Part shown: positions 53,701-64,000 of the stretch, piece by piece
How positions within the stretch are numbered: position 1 is the first letter of the stretch
How the letters are laid out: each line of letters starts with the position of its first letter
NCBI GenBank assembly: GCA_964016885.1
Contig: OZ024744.1
Location: 7,998,001-8,062,000 of the forward strand
Direction: 5' to 3'
DNA: 64,000 nt
DNA from: Eledone cirrhosa
Lineage: Eukaryota
The notes under the pieces: generated by a model
What the model was told of the DNA's origin: nothing
Databases searched by the model: none
The model's input: only the letters and a program-made list of their open reading frames with translations
Made by a program: the position numbers and the translations under genes

Positions 53701-54680
53701 CTAGGGTGGTGGATTGGCAGTATAGGTAGAGGGTGTGAAACCATATTAGGCTGGCGGATTGCTAGTATAGGTAGAGATTGTGACACCAAACTAGGGTGGT
53801 GGATTGACAGTATTGGTAGAGGTTGTGACACCTTGTTAGGGTGGTGGATTCGTAGTATTGGTAGAGGGTCTGACACCATACTAGGGTGGTGGATTGGTAG
53901 TATTGGTAGATAGTGTGACACCATACTAGGGTGGTAGATTGGTAGTATTGGTAGAGGGTGTGACAGCATACTAGGGTGGTGGAGTGACAGTATAGGTAGA
54001 GGGTGTGACACCATACTAGGGTGGTAGGTTGGTAGTATATGTAAAGGGTGTGACACGATACTAGGGTGGTGGATTGGTAGTATAGGTAGAGGGTCTGACA
54101 CCATACTAAGGTGTTAGATTGGGAGTATAGGTAGAGGGTGTGACACCATGGTAGGATGGTGGATTGGTAGTATTGGGAGAGGGTGTGACACCATACTAGG
54201 GTGGTAGATTGGTAGTATTGGTAGAGTGTGTGACACTATACTAGGGTGATAGAGTGACAGTATATGTAGAGGGTGTGACACCATACTAGGGTGGTGGATT
54301 GGTAGTATAGGTAGAGGGTGTGACACCATACTAGGGTGGTAGATTCGTAGTATATGTAAAGGGTGTGACACCATACTAGGGTGGTGGATTGGTAGTATTG
54401 GAAGAGGGTGTGACACCATGGTAGGGTTGTAGATTGGTAGTATTATTAGAGGGTGTGACACCATACTAGGGTTGTGGATTGGTAGTATTGGTAGAGGGTG
54501 TGACACCATATTGGGTAGTGGATTGACAGTATAGGTAGAGGGTGTGACACCATACTAGAGTGGTAGAGTGACAGTATAGGTAGAGGGTATGACACCATAC
54601 TAGGGTGGAAGATTGGTATTATAGGTAGAGGGTGTGACACCATACTAGGGTGGTGAATTGGTAGTATAGATAGAGGGTGT
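50800..54680. repeat. Duplication with 2654-bp offset (~50800-52020 at ~53450-54680)
   Basis: Identical translated ORFs 51460..51855 and 54114..54509. GATAGTGTGAC at ~51255/~53909. Confidence 0.85.
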
Positions 54681-54689
54681 GACACCATA

Positions 54690-57600
54690 TTGGGTGGTGG
54701 ATTGACAGTATAGGTAGAGGGTGGGACACCATGCTAGGGTGGTAGAGTGACAGTATACGTAGAGGGTGTGACACCATGTTAGGATGGTGGATTGGTAGTA
54801 TAGGTATTGTATGTGACACCATACTAGGGTGGTGGATTGGTAGTACTGGTAGAGGGTGTGACACCATACTAGGGTGGTGGATTGGTAGTATAGGTATAGG
54901 GTGTGACACCATACTAGGGTGGTAGATTGGTAGTATTGGTAGAGGGTGTGACACCATACTAGGGTGCAGGATTGGTAGTATTGGTAGAGGGTGTGACACC
55001 ATACTAGGGTGGTGGATTGGTAGTATTGGTAGAGGGTGTGACACCATGTTAGGGTGGTGGATTGGCAGTATAGGTAGAGCGTGTGACACCATACTAGGGT
55101 GGTGGATTGCTAGTATAGGTAGAGGTTGTGACACCATACTAGGGTGGTGGATTCACAGTATTGGTAGCGGTTGTGACGCCTTGTTAGGGTGGTGGATTGG
55201 TAGTATTGGTAGAGGGTGTGACACCATACTAGGATGGTGGATTGGTAGTATTGGTAGAGGGTGTGACACCATACTAGGGTGGTAGATTGGTAGTATATGT
55301 AAAGGGTGTGACACCATACTAGGGTGGTGTATTGGTAGTATAGTTAGAGGGTGTGACACCATACTAGGGTGGTAGATTGGTAGTATAGGTAGAGGGTGTG
55401 ACACCATGGTAGGGTGGTGGATTGGTAGTATTGGTAGACGGAGTGACACCATACTAGGGTGGTAGATTGGTAGTATTGGTAGAGGGTGTGACACCATACT
55501 AGTGTGGTAAATTGACAGTATAGGTAGAGGGTGTGACACCATACTAGGGTGGTGGAGTGGTAGTATAGGTAGAGGGTGTGACACCATACTAGGGTGGTAG
55601 GTTGGTAGTATTGGTAGAGTGTGTGACACTATACTAGGGTGATAGAGTGACAGTATATGTAGAGGGTGTGACACCATACTAGGGTGGTGGATTGTTAGTA
55701 TAGGTAGAGGGTGTGACAGCATACTAGGGTGGTGGATTGGTAGTATAGGTAGAGGGTGTGACACCATACTAGGGTGGTAGATTAGTAGTATTGGTAGAGG
55801 GTGTGACACCATACTAGGGTGGTGGATTGGTAGTATAGGTATAGTGTTTGACACCATATTAGGGTGGTGGATTGGTAGTATATGTAAAGGGTGTGACACC
55901 ATACTAGGGTGGTGGATTGTTAGTATAGGTAGAGGGTGTGACACCATACTAGGGTGGTAGATTGGTAGTATAGGTAGAGGGTGTGACACCATGGTAGGGT
56001 GGTGGATTGGTAGTATTCGTAGAGTGTGTGACACTATACTAGGGTGATAGAGTGACAGTATATGTAGAGGGTGTGACACCATACTAGGGTGGTGGATTGG
56101 TAGTATAGGTAGAGGGTGTGACAGCATACTAGGGTGGTAGATTGGTAGTATTGGTAGAGTGCGTGACACTATACTAGGGTGGTAGATTGGTAGTATTGGT
56201 AGAGTGTGTGACACTATACTAGGGTGGTGGATTGGTAGTATAGGTAGAGGGTGTGACAGCATACTAGGGTGGTGGATTCACAGTATTGGTAGAGGTTGTG
56301 ACGCCTTGTTAGGGTGGTGGATTGGTAGTATAGGTAGAGGGTGTGACACCATACTAGGGTGGTAGATTGGTAGTATAGGTAGAGGGTGTGACACCATGGT
56401 AGGGTGGTGGATTGGTAGTTTTTGGTAGAGGGTGTGACACCATACTAGGGTGGTAGATTGGTAGTATTGGTAGAGGGTGTGAGACCATACTAGTGTGGTG
56501 AATTGACAGTATAGGTAGAGGGTGTGACACCATACTAGGGTGGTGGAGTGGTAGTATAGGTAGAGGGTGTGACACCATACTGGGGTGGTAGATTGGTAGT
56601 ATTGGTAGAGTGTGTGACACTATACTAGGGTGATAGAGTGACAGTATATGTAGAGGGTGTGACACCATACTAGGGTGGTGGATTGGTAGTATAGGTAGAG
56701 GGTGTGACACCATACTAGCGTGGTAGATTAGTAGTATTGGTAGAGGGTGTGACACCATACTAGGGTGGTGGATTGGTAGTATAGGTAAAGGGTTTGACAC
56801 CATATTAGGGTGGTGGATTGGTAGTATTGGTAGAGGGTGTGACACAATACTAGGGTGGTAGTTTGGTAGTATTGTTAGAGGGTGTGACACCATACTAGGG
56901 TGGTCGATTGGTAGTACTGGTAGAGGGTGTGACACCATACTAGGGTGGTGGATTGGTAGTATTTGTAGAGGGTGTGTCACCATACTAGGGTGGTAGATTG
57001 GTAGTATTGGTAGAGGGTGTGACACCATACTAGGGTGGTGGAGTGATAGTATAGGTAGAGGGTGTGACAACATACTAGGGTGGTAGATTCGTAGTATATG
57101 TAAAGGGTGTGACACCATACTAGGGTGGTGGATTGCTAGTATAGGTAGAGGTTGTGACACCAAACTAGGGTGGTGGATTGACAGTATTGGTAGAGGTTGT
57201 GACACCTTGTTAGGGTGGTGGATTCGTAGTATTGGTAGAGGGTCTGACACCATACTAGGGTGGTGGATTGGTAGTATTGGTAGATAGTGTGACACCATAC
57301 TAGGGTGGTAGATTGGTAGTATTGGTAGAGGGTGTGACAGCATACTAGGGTGGTGGAGTGACAGTATAGGTAGAGGGTGTGACACCATACTAGGGTGGTA
57401 GGTTGGTAGTATATGTAAAGGGTGTGACACGATACTAGGGTGGTGGATTGGTAGTATAGGTAGAGGGTCTGACACCATACTAGGGTGTTAGATTGGTAGT
57501 ATAGGTAGAGGGTGTGACACCATGGTAGGATGGTGGATTGGTAGTATTGGGAGAGGGTGTGACACCATACTAGGGTGGTAGATTGGTAGTATTGGTAGAG

Positions 57601-60600
57601 TGTGTGACACTATACTAGGGTGATAGAGTGACAGTATATGTAGAGGGTGTGACACCATACTAGGGTGGTGGATTGGTAGTATAGGTAGAGGGTGTGACAC
57701 CATACTAGGGTGGTAGATTGGTAGTATTGGAAGAGGGTGTGACACCATGGTAGGGTTGTAGATTGGTAGTATTATTAGAGGGTGTGACACCATACTAGGG
57801 TTGTGGATTGGTAGTATTGGTAGAGGGTGTGACACCATATTGGGTAGTGGATTGACAGTATAGGTAGAGGGTGTGACACCATACTAGAGTGGTAGAGTGA
57901 CAGTATAGGTAGAGGGTATGACACCATACTAGGGTGGAAGATTGGTATTATAGGTAGAGGGTGTGACACCATACTAGGGTGGTGAAATGGTAGTATAGAT
58001 AGAGGGTGTGACACCATACTAGCGTGGTGGATTGGAAGTATAGGTTAGAGGGTGTGACTCCATATTAGGGTGGTGGATTGGTATTATTTGTAGAGGGTGT
58101 GACACCATACTAGCGTGGTAGATTGGTAATATTGTTAGAGGGTGTGACACCATACTTGGGTGGTGGATTGGTAGTACTGGTAGAGGGTGTGACACCATAC
58201 TAGGGTGGTGTATTGGTAGTATAGGTAGAGCGTGTGACACCATACTAGGGTAGTGGATTGGTAGTATAGATAGAGGGTGTGACACCATACTAGTGTGGTG
58301 GATTGGTAGTATTGGTACAGGGTGTGACACCATACTAGGGTGGTAGATTGGTAGAATTGGTAGAGGGTGTGACACCATACGAGGGTGGTGGATTGGTAGT
58401 ATTGGCAGAGGGTGTGACACTATACTAGGGTGATGGAGTGACAGAATATGTAGAGGGTGTGACACCATACTAGGGTGGTGGATAGGTAGTATAGGTAGAG
58501 AGTTTGACACCATACTAGGGTGGTGCATTGGTAGTATAGGTAGAGGGTATGACACCATAGTAGGGTGGTGGATTGGTAGTATTGGTAGAGGGTGGGACAC
58601 CATACTAGGATGGTGGATTGGTAGTATTGGTAGAGGGTGTGACACCATACTAGGGTGGTAGATTGGTAGTATTGGTAGAGGGTGTGACACCATACTAGGG
58701 TGGTGCAGTGATAGTATAGGTAGAGGGTGTGACAACATACTAGGGTGGTAGATTCGTAGTATATGTAAAGGGTGTGACACCATACTAGGGTGGTGGATTG
58801 TAAGTATAGGTAGAGGGTGTGACACCATACTAGGGTGGTAGATTGGTAGTATAGGTAGAGGGTGTGACACCGTGGTAGGGTGGTGGATTGGTAGTATTGG
58901 TAGAGGGTGTGACACCATACTAGGGTGGTAGATTGGTAGTATTGGTAGAGTGTGTGACACTATACTAGGGTGATAGAGTGACAGTATATGTAGAGGGTGT
59001 GACACCATACTAGGGTGGTGGATTTGTAGTATAGGTAGAGGGTGTGACACCATACTAGGGAGGTGGATTGGTAGTATTGGTAGAGGGTGTGACACCATAC
59101 TAGGGTGGTAGATTGGTAGTATTGGTAGAGTGTGTGACACTATACTAGGGTGATAGAGTGACAGTATATGTAGAGGGTGTGACACCATACTAGGGTGGTA
59201 GAATTTTAGTATAGGTAGAGGGTGTGAGACCATACTAGGGTGGTGGATTGGTAGTATAGGTAGAGGGTGTGACACCATACTAGGGTGGTAGATTGGTAGT
59301 ATAAGTAGAGGGTGTGACACCATATTAGGGTGGTGGATTGGTATTATTGGTAGAGGGTGTGACACCATACTAGGGTGGTGGATTGGTAGTACTGGTAGAG
59401 GGTGTGACACCATACTAGGGTGGTGTATTGGTAGTATAGGTAGAGCGTGTGACACCATACTAAGGTGGTGGATTGGTAGTATTAGTAGAGAGGGTGACAC
59501 CATACTAGGGTTGTGGATTGGTAGTATTGGTAGAGGGTGTGACACCATATTGGGCGGTGGATTGACAGTATAGGTAGAGGGTGGGACACCATGCTAGGGT
59601 GGTAGAGTGACAGTATACGTAGAGGGTGTGACACCATGTTAGGATGGTGGATTGGTAGTATAGGTATTGTATGTGACACCATACTAGGGTGGTGGATTGG
59701 TAGTACTGGTAGAGGGTGTGACACCATACTAGGGTGGTGGATTGGTAGTATAGGTATAGGGTGTGACACCATACTAGGGTGGTGGATTGGTAGTATAGGT
59801 AGAGGGTGTGACAGCCTACTAGGGTGGTGGATTGACAGTATTGGTAGAGGGTGTAACACCATGCTAGGGTGGTAGATTTGTAGTATTGGTAGAGGGTGTG
59901 ACACCATACTAGGGTGCAGGATTGGTAGTATTGGTAGAGGGTGTGACACCATACTAGGGTGGTGGATTGGTAGTATTGGTAGAGGGTGTGACACCATGTT
60001 AGGGTGGTGGATTGGCAGTATAGGTAGAGCGTGTGACACCATACTAGGGTGGTGGATTGCTAGTATAGGTAGAGGTTGTGACACCATACTAGGGTGGTGG
60101 ATTCATAGTATTGGTAGCGGTTGTGACGCCTTGTTAGGGTGGTGGATTGGTAGTATTGGTAGAGGGTGTGACACCATACTAGGATGGTGGATTGGTAGTA
60201 TTGGTAGAGGGTGTGACACCATACTAGGGTGGTAGATTGGTAGTATATGTAAAGGGTGTGACACTATACTAGGGTGGTGTATTGGTAGTATAGTTAGAGG
60301 GTGTGACACCATACTAGGGTGGTAGATTGGTAGTATAGGTAGAGGGTGTGACACCATGGTAGGGTGGTGGATTGGTAGTATTGGTAGACGGAGTGACACC
60401 ATACTAGGGTGGTAGATTGGTAGTATTGGTAGAGGGTGTGACACCATACTAGTGTGGTAAATTGACAGTATAGGTAGAGGGTGTGACACCATACTAGGGT
60501 GGTGGAGTGGTAGTATAGGTAGAGGGTGTGACACCATACTAGGGTGGTAGGTTGGTAGTATTGGTAGAGTGTGTGACACTATACTAGGGTGATAGAGTGA

Positions 60601-62110
60601 CAGTATATCTAGAGGGTGTGACACCATACTAGGGTGGTGGATTGTTAGTATAGGTAGAGGGTGTGACAGCATACTAGGGTGGTGGATTGGTAGTATAGGT
60701 AGAGGGTGTGACACCATACTAGGGTGGTAGATTAGTAGTATTGGTAGAGGGTGTGACACCATACTAGGGTGGTGGATTGGTAGTATAGGTATAGGGTTTG
60801 ACACCATATTAGGGTGGTGGATTGGTAGTATATGTAAAGGGTGTGACACCATACTAGGGTGGTGGATTGTTAGTATAGGTAGAGGGTGTGACACCATACT
60901 AGGGTGGTAGATTGGTAGTATAGGTAGAGGGTGTGTCACCATGGTAGGGTGGTGGATTGGTAGTATTGGTAGAGTGTGTGACACTATACTAGGGTGATAG
61001 AGTGACAGTATATGTAGAGGGTGTGACACCATACTAGGGTGGTGGATTGGTAGTATAGGTAGAGGGTGTGACAGCATACTAGGGTGGTAGATTGGTAGTA
61101 TTGGTAGAGTGCGTGACACTATACTAGGGTGGTAGATTGGTAGTATTGGTAGAGTGTGTGACACTATACTAGGGTGGTGGATTGGTAGTATAGGTAGAAG
61201 GTGTGACAGCATACTAGGGTGGTGGATTCACAGTATTGGTAGAGGTTGTGACGCCTTGTTAGGGTGGTGGATTGGTAGTATAGGTAGAGGGTGTGACACC
61301 ATACTAGGGTGGTAGATTGGTAGTATAGGTAGAGGGTGTGACAACATGGTAGGGTGGTGGATTGGTAGTTTTTGGTAGAGGGTGTGAAACCATACTAGGG
61401 TGGTAGATTGGTAGTATTGGTAGAGGGTGTGAGACCATACTAGTGTGGTGAATTGACAGTATAGGTAGAGGGTGTGACACCATACTAGGGTGGTGGAGTG
61501 GTAGTATAGGTAGAGGGTGTGACACCATACTGGGGTGGTAGATTGGTAGTATTGGTAGAGTGTGTGACACTATACTAGGGTGATAGAGTGACAGTATATG
61601 TAGAGGGTGTGACACCATACTAGGGTGGTGGATTGGTAGTATAAGTAGAGGGTGTGACAGCATACTAGGGTGGTGGATTGGTAGTATAGGTAGAGGGTGT
61701 GACACCATACTAGGGTGGTAGATTAGTAGTATTGGTAGAGGGTGTGACACCATACTAGGGTGGTGGATTGGTAGTATAGGTAAAGGGTTTGACACCATAT
61801 TAGGGTGGTGGATTGGTAGTATTGGTAGAGGGTGTGACACAATACTAGGGTGGTAGTTTGGTAGTATTGTTAGAGGGTGTGACACCATACTAGGGTGGTC
61901 GATTGGTAGTACTGGTAGAGGGTGTGACACCATACTAGAGTGGTGGATTGGTAGTATTTGTAGAGGGTGTGACACCATACTAGGGTGGTAGATTGGTAGT
62001 ATTGGTAGAGGGTGTGACACCATACTAGGGTGGTGGAGTGATAGTATAGGTAGAGGGTGTGACAACATACTAGGGTGGTAGATTCGTAGTATATGTAAAG
62101 GGTGTGACAC
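54690..62110. repeat. Duplication with 4860-4950 bp offset (~54690-57110 at ~59550-62110), with a partial third copy from ~62650
   Basis: TAGGTATTGTATGTGAC 54801/59661, AGCGGTTGTGACGCC 55166/60116/63220, GGTAGTTTTTGG insertion ~56414/~61364. ORFs 55153..56262 and 60103..61212 are near-identical. Confidence 0.88.
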
Positions 62111-64000
62111 CATACTAGGGTGGTGGATTGTAAGTATAGGTAGAGGGTGTGACACCATACTAGGGTGGTAGATTGGTAGTATAGGTAGAGGGTGTGACAC
62201 CGTGGTAGGGTGGTGGATTGGTAGTATTGGTAGAGTGTGTGACACTATACTAGGGTGATAGAGTGACAGTATATGTAGAGGGTGTGACACCATACTAGGG
62301 TGGTGGATTTGTAGTATAGGTAGAGGGTGTGACACCATACTAGGGAGGTGGATTGGTAGTATTGGTAGAGGGTGTGACACCATACTAAGGTGGTGGATTT
62401 GCAGTATAGGTAGAGGGTGTGACACCATATTAGGGTGGTGGATTGGTATTATTGGTAGAGGGTGTGACACCATACTAGGGTGGTGGATTGGTAGTACTGG
62501 TAGAGGGTGTGACACCATACTAGGGTGGTGTATTGGTAATATAGGTAGAGCGTGTGACACCATACTAAGGTGGTGGATTGGTAGTATTAGTAGAGGGGGT
62601 GACACCATACTAGGGTTGTGGATCGGTAGTATTGAAGAGGGTGTGACACCATATTGGGTGGTGGATTAACAGTATAGGTAGAGGGTGTGACACCATACTA
62701 GGGTGGTAGAGTGACAGTATACGTAGAGGGTGTGACACCATGTTAGGGTGGTGGATTGGTAGTATAGGTAGAGTATGTGACACCATACTAGGGTGGTGGA
62801 TTGGTAGTACTGGTAGAGGGTGTGACACCATACTAGGGTGGTGGATTGGTAGTATAGGTATAGGGTGTGACACCATACTAGGGTGGTGGATTGGTGGTAT
62901 AGGTAGAGGGTGTGACAGCCTACTAGGGTGGTGGATTGACAGTATTGGTAGAGGGTGTAACACCATGCTAGGGTGGTAGATTGGTAGTATTGGTAGAGGG
63001 TGTGACACCATACTAGGGTGCAGGATTGGTAGTATTGGTAGAGGGTGTGACACCATACTAGGGTGGTGGATTGGTAGTATTGGTAGAGGGTGTGACACCA
63101 TGTTAGGGTGGTGGATTGGCAGTATAGGTAGAGCGTGTGACACCATACTAGGTTGGTGGATTGCTAGTATAGGTAGAGGTTGTGACACGATACTAGGGTG
63201 GTGGATTCACAGTATTGGTAGCGGTTGTGACGCCTTGTTAGGGTGGTGGATTGGTAGTATTGGTAGAGGGTGTGACACCATACTAGGATGGTGGATTGGT
63301 AGTATTGGTAGAGGGTGTGACACCATACTAGGGTGGGAGATTGGTAGTATATGTAAAGGGTGTGACACCATACTAGATTGGTGTATTGGTAGTATAGGTA
63401 GAGGGTGTGACACCATACTAGCGTGGTAGATTGGTAGTATAGGTAGAGGGTGTGACACCATGGTAGGGTGGTGGATTGGTAGTATTGGTAGACGGAGTGA
63501 CACCATACTAGGGTGGTAGATTGGTAGAATTGTTAGAGGGTGTGACACCATACTAGGGTGGTGGAGTGGTAGTATAGGTAGTGGGTGTGACACCATACTA
63601 GGGTGGTAGATTGGTAGTATTGGTAGAGTGTGTGACACTATACTAGGGTGATAGAGTGACAGTATATGTAGAGGGTGTGACACCATACTAGGGTGGTGGA
63701 TTTGTAGTATAGGTAGAGGGTGTGACAGCATACTAGGGTGGTGGATTGGTAGTATAGGTAGAGGGTGTGACACCATACTAGGGTGGTAGATTAGTAGTAT
63801 TGGTAGAGGGTGTGACACCATACTAGGGTGGTTGATTGGTAGTATAGGTATAGGATTTGACACCATATTAGGGTGGTGGATTGGTAGTATATGTAAAGGG
63901 TGTGACACCATACTAGGGTGGTGGATTGGTAGTATAGGTAGAGGGTGTGACACCATACTAGGGTGGTAGATTGTTAGTATAGGTAGAGGGTGTGACACCA

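Larger units (their letters stand above)
1..64000. repeat. 45-bp tandem satellite array, ~1,420 head-to-tail monomers, single orientation, extends beyond both window edges
   Basis: The consensus CTAGGGTGGTRGATTGGTAGTATWGGTAGAGGGTGTGACACCATA recurs every 45 bp (CTAG at 1, 46, 91, 136, 181 ... last at 63958). Most copies differ from consensus at only a few positions. No non-repeat stretch was seen. Confidence 0.99.
36900..64000. repeat. Right satellite subfamily domain
   Basis: Carries ACAGCCTACT (first ~37091), the CATATTGGG 44-bp monomer (first 38221), GGGTGCAGG (first ~38901), GTGATAGAGTGACAGTATATG and ATGTAAAGG. I did not see these in the left domain. Confidence 0.7.

Noticed and set aside
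8031-62660. Indels as mere sequencing errors
   Set aside because: Many recur at homologous positions in duplicated blocks (14252/16501, 26331/33030, 27621/34410, ~56414/61364), so most are real. Singletons remain unverified.
1888-63429. Plus-strand (GWWIGSIGRGCDTIL)n ORFs
   Set aside because: They are interrupted by TAG whenever the very common G11A variant occurs, so there is no frame preservation.
3636-63998. Minus-strand ORFs of up to 1065 aa as Pro/His-rich (extensin- or mucin-like) genes
   Set aside because: They are a pure translation of the satellite. There is no unique N- or C-terminus, signal peptide or domain, ORF ends fall at random point stops or 1-bp indels, and openness follows from the 45-bp period and the G-poor strand.
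1-64000. CRISPR array (palindromic repeat of CRISPR-like size)
   Set aside because: Units are directly adjacent with no unique spacers, and there is no leader or cas gene.
1-64000. Canonical telomerase-made telomere tract
   Set aside because: TTAGGG and CTAGGG never occur in tandem. Variants are inherited in kb-scale duplicated blocks, which indicates recombinational amplification rather than templated addition.
1-64000. Embedded transposon, rRNA/tRNA gene, inversion or unique island
   Set aside because: None was seen on reading through. Every stretch aligns to the 45-mer in the same orientation.
1-64000. A single fixed-period higher-order repeat, or a combinatorial code or diversity-cassette system in the monomer variants
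   Set aside because: Duplication offsets are heterogeneous (4 to ~150 monomers), and the variant order is adequately explained by nested duplication. No recombinase, reverse transcriptase or expression site is present in the window.
1-64000. Bacterial Chi sites or Shine-Dalgarno-like GGTGG/GAGG motifs
   Set aside because: The consensus has GGGTGGTGG rather than GCTGGTGG (which occurs only as a sporadic variant, e.g. ~3200). There is no prokaryotic gene context.

Overview
The whole 64 kb window is one uninterrupted head-to-tail tandem satellite array of a 45-bp monomer, about 1,420 copies, with + strand consensus CTAGGGTGGTRGATTGGTAGTATWGGTAGAGGGTGTGACACCATA. It runs off both ends of the window. 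I saw no unique sequence, inversion, transposon insertion, RNA gene or credible protein-coding gene. The ORF track is an artefact of a 45-bp (15-codon) period with stop-free frames (MVSHPLPILPIHHPS on the minus strand). The informative structure is at two scales. (1) Monomer design: strong G-skew (18 G vs 4 C), a telomere-like (C/T)TAGGG hexamer, a GGTGT-G-ACACC dyad, and a bulged inverted repeat whose bulge is the most polymorphic base. (2) Array history: nested duplications of about 0.18, 0.36, 0.86, 1.0, 2.25, 2.65, 4.95, 5.3 and 6.1-6.8 kb, traceable through shared rare variants and 1-bp indels, plus a switch of variant subfamily near 36-38 kb. The host is probably eukaryotic heterochromatin (inference), and I cannot name the satellite family or organism. 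All coordinates and offsets were read by eye.
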